The notes under the pieces were generated by a model, which did not search any database, was not told the DNA's origin, and worked only from the letters and a program-made list of their open reading frames with translations. A DNA stretch of 63,687 nt, the filler included, from Kipferlia bialata (Eukaryota), in the NCBI GenBank assembly GCA_003568945.1. It is 4 parts of 4 records of this genome, joined end to end, with 100 filler letters (N's around TTAATTAATTAA, not from the genome) between each part and the next. Parts side by side here need not be neighbours in the genome. Positions count along the whole stretch, not along the records: positions 40,419 to 60,506 come from BDIP01000394.1; positions 60,607 to 63,687 come from BDIP01000474.1; 2 more parts are not named here. One strand, written 5' to 3'. Of this stretch, positions 53,436 through 63,687 are shown piece after piece (positions within the stretch are counted from its first letter, which is position 1; each line of letters starts with the position of its first letter). The position numbers and the translations under genes are program-made.

Positions 53436-56400
53436 ATGAGTGTACCCTTCACCCAGGCACAGTGCATCCACCCACACAATGCCCTATACACAGATGATTG
53501 TGGTATGAACATAGTGGATAGACGTGTTCAGAGGGACCCTGTAGTGGGCGACGGGTCGCAGCTTGTCGGTTTCGCAGTGGAGTCTCACCACCTTGTATGT
53601 ATTGACCCACACACTATACTGCACATAACAACCGGTACACGTCGCCTCAGGTGTGTCTCTCTGACAAGACCAGAGGGGGAGGCATCAGGTATTGTCGGTA
53701 TATGTATATAGTGCATTATATATTAATACCATTAGTGGTAACTATAGATATTTGGTGTATAATGGCCTCAAGTGGGTCTGTCTGACAAGGCTAGAGGGGG
53801 AGGCGTCAGGTATAAAGAAATTCTTATAGGTGAATAGAAGTCTCAAGTGTGTCTCTTTACCAACAGACTTCCAGAAAGTGAAAGGAGAGACACAGTACTA
53901 TCCCTCATACCTGAGAAGAGATATGGACTCGTCCATGTACGGCAAGTTTCCAAGGTAACCATATGTATAATTAAATACATATGTATATATATATATGTTG
54001 TGTCCATGTACCGCCAGTATCCTAGGTAACCATATATGTACATATGTATAGCTTTGTGTGTGTGTGTATGTGTACATAATACATATATTCAGATGTATAT
54101 GAAATATTTGTATATATACAATATAGTAACAATATTATATAAACTATATATATATATATACTATACATGGAGGGAGAGAGGATATGGTCCATATCATATG
54201 GAGTCGCCCATCATGGGCCCCATGTACGGGAAGTTTCCTAGAAATACCAATACACATATATGTATACGTATACATATCAAAAGTATCAATAATAGGGGGA
54301 TGCTCTATCTAACACCCTGGAATGTGTGCTGCTTACAGTATGTATATGTGTATAGTATATACCTACCATGTAATTAACAGAGTATACATACTAACCACTT
54401 AGAGAGGTCTGCTGCTTTGATGCCGCCAGGGTATTTAGGGTAGGGGACCATGTCTGTGTGTGCTCACGCTCAAGGAAGCTAGGATGCAGGTTAGTACAGA
54501 TACATGTTCTGTCTGAGGATACATGCAACTGTACACTGAAGTGAACCACATATATCAACAATAGATCCATCCACGCAAGGAAGCTAGAGTGCAGGTATAC
54601 ACAGACACATGAAGTCATATACTGTGAATTCACAGTAAGAATCAGCCACATACCAACGATATATACATCCATACCCTGGACCTCTTTACATATATCGAGA
54701 CTAGGCATACACTAGAACGTGTTAGTAAATATGTGAAACAATACACCAATGTCAGCTACTTTCACACCCTAGACCTCTTCACCTGTATCGGGACTAGAGA
54801 TATATGATATTGATATATGTATAGATATATGGTACTATACATCGAGTATTAAGCAACTCAACGCCAGATATATCCACACCCTAGACCTTGTCACAAGGTC
54901 CTGGACAACTGTCAGCCTGGACATACTAGACATAGAGGTACTCTCTCACTCTCTCTCTCTCTCTATACATGCTACCCATAGAGGTACTCTCTCTCTCTAT
55001 ATATAAATATATACATGTTACCCATAGAAGTACTCTGTCTCTCTATCTCCCTAATAACATGCTAGCCATAGAGGTACTATCTCTCTCTCTCTATACTTAC
55101 TACCCATATGGTGATTACTCGCTTGGGCATAGAGGTACTCTCTCTCTCTCTCTTTCTCTATACATACTACCCAAATGGTGATTGGTCTCTCTCTCCGACA
55201 AGTGCAAACTCTCGACTCGTAAGTTAGTAATCATTCCGGAAGTGTCCATTTTATAGGGTTTTTCAATCAATTATAAGGGGGCACTCTCTGATCGTAGGTG
55301 CAGTCTATACCGTTCGACCACAACACATAAGCGTATTACTCCTGCTAGTGTTTACGTATTCTTATCAACAGGGTCCAGTTGTGGAGGAGGAGAGCATCCC
55401 GAACCCTCGTGCTCGTTTCCATGATCCAACTTTCCCTCAACATCTTTGGCCTCAGGTAGAGGCCGCTCTCAACAGCTATTCTCCTACACTGTACCTCCAG
55501 GAGGCGCGTAAGCGCAGTAACTCTCTGCATTTATCCCATACTGGGGGTGGAGAGACTCTCACTGAGGCAGAGACTGATGGGTTGCACCAAGACTCTTACC
55601 TAGCCGAGTGGCCACGCAACCTTATGACCATGTGTGGAGAGGTCATTGTGAGCATTAGGGAGCAGCTTTCAACACACTTCACCTCACCCCTACCCCTCAT
55701 TGCATTTGATCCAGTCCAGCAGGGGTACACTAGGTTACAGTATCAGGACATTGAAGTGCCCCTCCCACCTCTGGGCTTCACGACGCCTGTCTGGACTGCA
55801 GTACTAGGCGAAACAGCCTATATGCTCGTACCAAGCATGGTTTGTGATCCTGTCTATCGTGTGAAGGTGTCTCTCTACACCTACTCAGGTGGGGTATATA
55901 TGTGTAGAAATGCATGATACATATCCTATGTATGTATACATACATATTGCGTATATATATGCGTGTGTGTGGCTTTTGTACTGAAGTGGCGCCTCATGCA
56001 TGTACTCACACATATAGTATATACTTAATATATATATATTCTCATCTCTAGACAGAGTCGGCTGGGGTATGGCCCAGCTCTCTTGGCAGGACACCCTCAT
56101 AGGTCTAGATGAACTCTACAGTGAGTCAAAGGTCTTACAGGTGAGAGAGAGTTACGAGTCTAGTTATCAGTACTTATCAGTGTTCTTTCCAAACCTACTG
56201 AACCCCTCAATGAGTCAAAGGTACTGCAGGTACTCATATCCTCCCTAGTATTTGAGCCATAAGTCAATACACGCATCCTAGCCATTGTAACAATGACTCA
56301 AGTGCCTGACATTCAGACTGAATGTCACATTCCTCAGTACCACTATTAGAGTGTCTCTCTTTCAGTAGTTCTGGTTACCTCTTTCCTTCTGTTAACACAT

Positions 56401-57604
56401 AGGTGTTAGGCCGATCCATCATACTTGTCAATGAGAGCTTGGTGTGGGCGCTGGATACAGTCTCACTAGAGGAAAGGTGAGGACGGTACTATCTAGTTTC
56501 ACCAAGCATAACATATACAGTACTCACGCTAGATACATTGGCACTCTGTCTCCAGTGGTCTTCTTACCTCAACTGGCGCAAGAGTCCATGCGGAGAGAGA
56601 GAGGGGCAGAGAGAGTGGCAGTGGCAGAAGATGCTGAGGAAGCCGCAGGGGGAGAGGGAGGGAGAGAAGGAGGAGAAGCTTCTATACTAGGCCAGGTCAC
56701 AATGCTTGGACCATCAGAGTGCGTGTACCTTCACCCTATGGGGCAGAGACATCTACTCGTATCCCTGAGGTATCACCTTCACTGTGTATATGATTATCCC
56801 ATGTTACTATATGTAGACATCTACTTGTATGATACAAGTTACCCTAGTAGGGTGATACAAGTTGTATCTCTGAGGTATCAACTCAATATGTTGATACTTG
56901 TATATATAGGGTAACACTGTCTGTACCGGCCCTCTGTTGGTGATAGAAATATGCTTGAATTGCTGAGGTATTATACCTCAGATATCAATTACACTGATCC
57001 TGCCTTATACTGAAATGCACTGACACTCACACTCAGGTTTAACTGTCTACCTCAGTACCCAATGGTATCTATACGTATCTCTCTATGTAGACAGATACCA
57101 TTGATACACTGCAACTGAGATAGATGTACTGTACTACTGCTAATACTCAGTTTTGACTGTCTTCCTCAGTACCCTGATATCTCTCTCCTATGGGCACAGG
57201 GCAGCTACTTTGCGATGCAGAAGGGAGTTGATAAGTGGAGTGGGAGGCGTGAGGCTAGGCAGGTAGAGGATCCAGTAGAGCCCGACTTGCATATGAGGGT
57301 TGACCCAGCAGAGCATGCAGATGAGGACTTCCTGTTCCACTATCGCCAGTGGCAAAGACTCCTAGAGCTGCATACCGACAATGACACGAACACAGACAGT
57401 GACGCAGATACAGACACTGATACTTACTCTGACACAGACACAAGCACAACCACTGACACTGGTACTTACTCTAGCACGGAGACACACACAGACACCAACA
57501 CAGATACCGACACAGATACCGACACTGACACTGACACTGATACAGACACTGATAGTGACACACTGACAGAGAGTGACAGAGACACTGACACCGACATGGT
57601 GTAG
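53436..57604 (+). CDS. Divergent kelch-like/beta-propeller family protein with acidic (DT)n tail, multi-exon
   Basis: ATG 53436; beta-strand-rich exons with IHTLDLVTRSW, AVLGETAYML, VWALDTVSLEEW, YPDISLLWA; last exon 57171-57604. Confidence 0.55.
57377..57596 (+). repeat. Coding 6-bp GACAC[T/A/C] repeat, (DT)n
   Basis: Visible in sequence and in ORF 57215-57604. Confidence 0.85.
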
Positions 57605-58123
57605 TTTGGCATTGAATGTGATACAGGCAATATCATGGTGTAGTCTGGAACTAAAGGGATGGAAGGGATTCTATAGAACTGAATCATGTTTACAGAGTGG
57701 CAACGACTAGAATGACTTGGACGTCTTATGTATACTGTGGTACATTCATTACTATTGTCACCAAATGGTGTAAGGATGAAGCAATAGGACTGCTGGTGTA
57801 TATATGCGTGTGGATGGTGTATTCGTGGCAGAGTGATTGTCCATAAAGAGACAGTGTCTGCTGAAGACTGGAGACTATAGATACTGACCATATCTATATG
57901 ATACGTATCACACTTTGACCAATAGATCGGATGTGGAGTATGGATCTCGTCAATAGAGAGGGAGATGGGGTATCTATTCAGAGTTACTATACTAGATACT
58001 ATCTAGTAGATACTATCTAATAGACCTGTGGGTGTTTATGATATGTGTCTCTCTATGATAGAATACCACTGAAAGCACTACGCGATGTGGTAGTATCTCT
58101 CTAGCTTGAGATCTTCAAGAAAT

Positions 58124-59999
58124 CTATTGCTCCTCTGGACCCTCAATCAGCTTGAGATCTTCAAGGGTCAACTCCTTGAGTTCCCGACGTAGACAGTCGA
58201 ACTCTCCCCCAGTCAGCCGATCAGTCTCAGATGCCCAGTATTCTACGTCGTCTTCACACTGATGGTCAAGGATGGTCAGGGTATATGATGGTTAGGTCAA
58301 GGATGGTCAAGAACAGCAAAGGGATAAATGACTAACACTGGTAAATGTGTGAACGCACATATCCTTGTGTTCACTGATATGTATATATACAAACACAAAC
58401 CACAAGTGTATACAGGCATGTCATATATTTGTGGTTGTGTATATATATGTGTATATATCCACAACCAGTACCTCAGGGTACTCCTTCAGTGTGAAATCAC
58501 CATATCACATTAATACCTCAGAGAATTATTTAGTATTCTTCATAGAGAATATATGGACTAAATATATCGATACCTCAGGGTATTCCTTCAGTGTGTTGTG
58601 TCTGAGGTGTGCTGCCAATATACGGCGCCTCTCAGCCTGTTTGTTATAGGTATACACTCTCTGGTGACTCTAATTCGCAGTAAAGTATCGGTGTATAGAA
58701 TATATAAAGAATACACTCACCAAAAATACATACTCACCAGCTGCCACCAATGCTGACCTACCTGGTGCATATGCATATATCTATAATGTATATGTATTCT
58801 TACAATAATATACAGGAATATACTCACCTGCTGCCACCAATACATGTCTAGCATCCTCTCTAACTCCCTCTCACTGGATGTCTTAACTCTGTGGCGTGTG
58901 GCATACCAGTCAATCATAACACCTATGGTTAGGTGAAATACATATATATTGTACATATGTATATATAGAGTATACATATATATATACTGTGTGGTGTGCG
59001 GTGTCATAGTCCATCATGACACCTGGGGTGAATACTATATATATTATACTATATATATACCCTATACTATATACTATATGTATAGTTACTATACAGAATA
59101 GTATACATATATGTATACTGCATGTACTGTGCCTGTGCAGTGTGGTTAGGCGAAATGCATATATATACAATATACTATATACATATATATATATTCTGTG
59201 GGGAGGTGGATGTCCCAGTGAATCAACGTGACACCAGGATGACAATTATATCCGGTATAACACAATTAGATATGATATAATAGTAAGGGTACCCAATGGG
59301 GATAGATGTGTGAGTGCGTCTGTATAGAGAAGGGGGGTAAGACACTCATCCCGACAATGAGACTGTTAGGTTGTGCATTCCATTTCCCACACATTACCAG
59401 AACAAACACAACTCCAACTGTATCTGGTGTGAAGTATACACCGTGTATACTCTATTGTATGCTGGTAATTTACAGTCACTTACCGTTGGTAGCCAGTATC
59501 TCTATCCTCTCCTCCTGTTTCAAGCCCATAAACTCTGCCTTTTCCAGAAATATGGGTGGGGGATAGGTAGTCTGGGTATTAATTATCATACATATATATG
59601 TGTGTGTATACGTCCAATATACTATATCATATACACTCTATATGGGTGAGGGGTAGGCAGTATGGGTATACATGAGTGTACACATATATTTATGTGTGTA
59701 TATATCATATACACAGAATAGTATATACTATGTGTGGATTGGGGGCAGGCGGTATATATTAGATGTCGTGCCACTCGCTGGAGGGATAACTTGGTACTGA
59801 TCCTGATACTGATACTGAATAGCAGAGACAGATGGCATATATATGTTCATAAGCATTGATAATAACATACATATGCATTATACAGTATAGTAATAAACAT
59901 TGTATATAATAACATTGTATATACACTCTGATACAAGGTATGTACCTCCTCGGCAGATCCCTGTGTCCCCTCAGCACCACTCACACCCCTAGGACTCAT
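58124..59999 (-). CDS. Hypothetical multi-exon protein
   Basis: ATG 59999; exons giving PPIFLEKAEFMGLKQEERIEILATN|GVMIDWYATRHRVK..MYWWQQ|AERRRILAAHLRHNTLKEYPE|CEDDVEYW..IEGPEEQ*. Confidence 0.6.
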
Positions 60000-60180
60000 T
60001 GCACACAGACCATGCGCAGAAGAGAGAGGATACATGGCAACTGAGTGAATGAGACGGCTCCCGATGGACCCTTTTTTAGCAAGGTGGATCGGAGAATCGG
60101 AGAAAACGGATTTTCTTTGCAGAAAAGGGTTCACTCAATGATCAAGCCTCCCTCTCTTCTAGGCTAGTAAGTGAGCAGCA

Positions 60181-60506
60181 ATGCACCTATCGTGCCACAT
60201 CTGTTCTGATGGTGAGATAACACTGTCATACGCCTACATTGTTGGTGCTTCTCTTCTATGCTGATACTGCATTGTCTGTGGTTGTTGTATATACATATGT
60301 ATGTACATGTGTATATGTGTGTCTTGTTGTGCACTCTCTCTTTGCTCTCTCTCTATTATGACATGCATTGATACCCTCACCCCCCAGATGACGACCCCTC
60401 CCCCTACGTACTTACCCCGTGTCGCCATGTGTTCCATCTAGAGTGTTTGGCTGAGTGGCTAGACACCAGTGTGGAGGGATATGCACACACACACTGTACA
60501 TGCCCT
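60181..60506 (+). CDS. RING-H2 finger protein (E3 ligase), truncated by contig end
   Basis: Exons 60181-60211 + 60388-60506: MHLSCHICSDDDDPSPYVLTPCRHVFHLECLAEWLDTSVEGYAHTHCTCP (C-x2-C..C-x-H-x2-H-x2-C..W..CP). Confidence 0.85.
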
Positions 60507-60606
60507 NNNNNNNNNNNNNNNNNNNNNNNNNNNNNNNNNNNNNNNNNNNNTTAATTAATTAANNNNNNNNNNNNNNNNNNNNNNNNNNNNNNNNNNNNNN
60601 NNNNNN
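60507..60606. other. Artificial contig spacer N44-TTAATTAATTAA-N44
   Basis: Same linker as above. Confidence 0.97.
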
Positions 60607-60607
60607 C

Positions 60608-60832
60608 TTTACATTGCATCTTCAAGCATTTGACACAATCACCTGCCAGTGGCAGGACTGGAGTCCCCAGTGGGGCGTGATAACACGCGTTGTTGGGTAT
60701 TTCGACTCGTGTTGCCTGTTCACACCTAGTATGGTGTTGGGCTATCAAGACAGCCACGGGTCTAGAAGAATGTTCTACATAGACCCTTCCCGTGTGTACC
60801 CAGACCACGGACTCGCATGGGCGTGTGACTAG
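60608..60832 (+). CDS. 3' end of a tandem paralog of 61361-62176
   Basis: HLQAFDTITCQWQDW..YIDPSRVYPDHGLAWACD* is nearly identical to the downstream gene's end; shared TAGTGTATAGAGGT after the stop. Confidence 0.85.
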   Translation, partial: FTLHLQAFDTITCQWQDWSPQWGVITRVVGYFDSCCLFTPSMVLGYQDSHGSRRMFYIDPSRVYPDHGLAWACD

Positions 60833-61360
60833 TGTATAGAGGTAGACGGTGAGACGGGGGTAGAGAGGAAATATAAACTATAGGGACAATTATAGTTTGG
60901 GTTGAAGATACATAGTGAGTACTGACGGAGAGTAGTCTCTGATTAGATACTTGGGACTCAAATAGAGAGGTAATATACACCCAACATATTCTGATACTTT
61001 CGCTTTCCGCTTTGGACCCACCCCTGTCCATTGAAGCAGTCAGTCCTAAGACTAAACCGACACTTGCCAAGTCATTCAGCGGTATAGGCTGGTAGTAATA
61101 CGTGGTAGTACTTGAAAAATTCAAGGTCTTGATAACTTGCAAGAGTAACTGTAGAGTCAAGAGCGCCCAAAGATATGTGGGGAAGACTCCAAGATGGCTG
61201 TATACCCACTGATTGATAGTATCAACTTGATACCCTAGGCTTGTACTTGGCATCATGTCTCTCTCCACCTCCTTCCAGTATACACCAATGCTCTCCAACA
61301 GAGACACCTGCATAACGCACACCGTTAAGGTACCAAGAGGCAGAGTTGACAGACGGAATC

Positions 61361-62176
61361 ATGTCTGGCGTATCAGGTCCCGACGTCAACCTTATAGGGA
61401 ATCACAGGGCTACCAGTCACACCCTCGTTGGAGCAGAGACTTCCTATGTGACACTTGATAGTGTGGACATTGCGGTACCCGGCCTCTACGACTACCACCC
61501 GAGAAGCGGCATCAAACACTGTGTGCTAGACGGTGTTCTATACTATATCGCTTCGGATACCGTAGACGCAGTGACCCTTGACACATACCTACCAGTGGAC
61601 GTCCCTAAATTTCCCCAAATACCTTCATGTCAAACTAACGTCTGTACTCTAGTCGCACTCGATGGTTATGTGGTGCTTCTAGGAATAGCCCACTGCCCAG
61701 GACGTACGATACGTGCCTATGTATACACCCCTCAGGATACAAGTAGGGGATGGGTACTGAATGGGGAGCGTTTGGACCACTGGGGCGACTCCACCGTCAC
61801 GGTCTCCCACGACAGAGCCTATTTGGTACTCAGGTCAGGGATGGTTACTTACAGTCTGACCGAAGGTTTCCAGCATATCGGATCCCGTCTCTTTGCTACG
61901 CATGTATGTGGACAGTTACAGCGCCACATACTGGCAACAAGGACAGTGTACGTTGATGGAAACCCAAGCCTACACCTAGTTGCATTCGACACAGTCACCT
62001 GTCAGTGGCAGGACTGGGCCGAGATTGCACGCGATCCTGGGCATTTCTACTCGTGTTGCCTATTCAAACCGAGTATTGTGTTGGCCTATCAAGACAGACA
62101 TGGGTCTAGAACACTGTTCTACATAGACCCTTTCCGTGTATACCCAGACAACGGACTCGCATGGGCGTGTGACTAG
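61361..62176 (+). CDS. Intronless kelch-like/beta-propeller family protein (about 271 aa)
   Basis: Single ORF from ATG 61361; repeats such as VLDGVLYYI, VALDGYVVLLG, AYVYTP...GW, AFDTVTCQW. Confidence 0.65.
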   Translation: MSGVSGPDVNLIGNHRATSHTLVGAETSYVTLDSVDIAVPGLYDYHPRSGIKHCVLDGVLYYIASDTVDAVTLDTYLPVDVPKFPQIPSCQTNVCTLVALDGYVVLLGIAHCPGRTIRAYVYTPQDTSRGWVLNGERLDHWGDSTVTVSHDRAYLVLRSGMVTYSLTEGFQHIGSRLFATHVCGQLQRHILATRTVYVDGNPSLHLVAFDTVTCQWQDWAEIARDPGHFYSCCLFKPSIVLAYQDRHGSRTLFYIDPFRVYPDNGLAWACD

Positions 62177-62517
62177 TGTATAGAGGTTGACGATGAGAAG
62201 TGGTAGAGAGTCTCTACCGTAGAGACGGAACAGAGGGGAGACAAGGATTCTTGGTTGAGGTCCTCAACTTGAGGACTTGCATATACATATACCGAAGCCA
62301 TTATTATGATATGATAGTCAATAATAGCCACGAAAGGGGCTGCTTGATAATAACTTACTTATAAGGGCACTTTCAAATGCATGACATTTTTCTTATGCTT
62401 CGAGTAGGGGCATCACGGGAAGTAGCTATGATATATATACGGGTGAGATGATTCACATCACATGAACACTGGAGTACGATTTATGTCAACAGTTCAAGGG
62501 AAGCGCATAGTCTATTG

Positions 62518-63030
62518 TCACTCCTGGTGTGTGTGGTCCTTACTTCCTTCGATAGGAACTCCATCCTCTGAAAGGGGAGAGGCCTGCTTGACTGATGCCC
62601 CTCTACCTCGTGTCTGCACAACAGATAGAGCACACCCCACCACCACACCCATACCCACAGCACAGGCAGGGGCACCCATGGCATGCAACTGACCCAGTAT
62701 CACCCCGGCTAGGGTATCCTCCGCACTACTCAGTAAGACCCCACACAGTATATAGAGCAGTGTGAGTGTGAGTACAGTCATGGGCACAGTTGGAGTGCCA
62801 TGCAGATAGGGCAGTCTCTCCATGCACCTTAAGGGCCCACTTAGCCAGGCAGGGAAGTAAGAAGGGGTGGGGTGCCGAACATATAGGGTCGAGACAGTGG
62901 ATACAAAGAGCAGTGCGGTGTAGCATACTAGAAGAGGGGTATAGACAGGCACAACCTCGGGCAGAGAGGGTAAGGACTGGGCCAAGCCAGTTACACTCTG
63001 CCGCACCCACTGCTCTTGCTCCTCCACCAT
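62518..63030 (-). CDS. Hypothetical multi-pass membrane protein (possible extra 5' exon at about 63135-63191)
   Basis: ORF with about 3 hydrophobic segments; acceptor CTAATCCAG just upstream of ..YIKSMVEE. Confidence 0.5.
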   Translation of the reverse strand: MVEEQEQWVRQSVTGLAQSLPSLPEVVPVYTPLLVCYTALLFVSTVSTLYVRHPTPSYFPAWLSGPLRCMERLPYLHGTPTVPMTVLTLTLLYILCGVLLSSAEDTLAGVILGQLHAMGAPACAVGMGVVVGCALSVVQTRGRGASVKQASPLSEDGVPIEGSKDHTHQE

Positions 63031-63687
63031 GGACTTGATATACCTGGATTAGAACTCTGACCCATATATCCATTCTCTATGCTGCATCTGTAGTATATAT
63101 GTAGTAGGAGGGCATGCGAAATATCGCCCCATACCTGGCATTGTGCCTCTGCTGGGCTCTTGTACTCCTACACCCCCTGCCACAACCCATGTTCCAAGTC
63201 CAGAGAGAGGGGGTGCATGACACACTGCCTGACTCTATGGGGAAGCTGACACTGCGAGTGTGGTGGGTGAGAGAAGGCTTCTTGATTCTATGAAGAGACT
63301 GACAAAAGGGTGTAGCTAGTCGGAGAGTATCAAAAATCCGATTTGAGGTCACCCCACTCCCCGACTCCTTTCTCTCTAGACGCATATCAAGGAGGAGAGG
63401 AGGTGTCTGTAGGAGTGGCGTGCATAGGCGGATGCCTGAGGCGGTAGGGACAGATCCTATTGACCTGGATGCTAAGCTGCAGCAGGTGAGAGAGCATATT
63501 CTATATTGTATTCATCCACCTATATATATGACTCTCCCTCCCCCCCCCCCTGTAGTTCAGGAGTGTGTGCATTTGACACCTCACTATGTGCTTTTGATGT
63601 GCTGTGCGATGACATTGTTCGGCTGCATAGATACCCCCCCCCCCCTCTTTCCCATTCCTCTCTCTCTCTCTCTCTCCACTACCCCCC

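Noticed and set aside
60762..61322. 186-aa minus-strand ORF between the tandem paralogs
   Set aside because: It has a non-ATG start, overlaps the upstream paralog antisense and shows no recognisable motif

Overview
Intron-rich eukaryotic DNA. It is four unrelated contigs joined by artificial N44-TTAATTAATTAA-N44 spacers (20115-20214, 40319-40418, 60507-60606). GT-AG introns are packed with (TA)n/(CT)n/(CA)n microsatellites, and a CT[CA]AC branch motif sits almost directly on a C-rich CAG acceptor. This suggests a free-living metamonad such as Kipferlia (inference only). Manual splicing recovers PP5 phosphatase, a WDR75/UTP17-like fragment, a TPR protein with a very long low-complexity tail, a type I membrane protein, an NT5C2-type 5'-nucleotidase, a GST C-terminus, a PH + Rubicon-homology (PLEKHM1/DEF8-like) protein, an ER GRP170/HYOU1-like Hsp70, a multi-BRCT TopBP1-like protein, kelch-like propeller family members, a RING-H2 protein and several hypotheticals. 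The most striking signal is a pervasive 'exon echo' architecture. Introns carry 1-8 tandem copies of the adjacent exon end together with its splice site, fused to microsatellites. The differences between echo and real exon fall mostly at synonymous codon positions, even though the echoes look non-coding. All gene models are hand-spliced and no database search was run.
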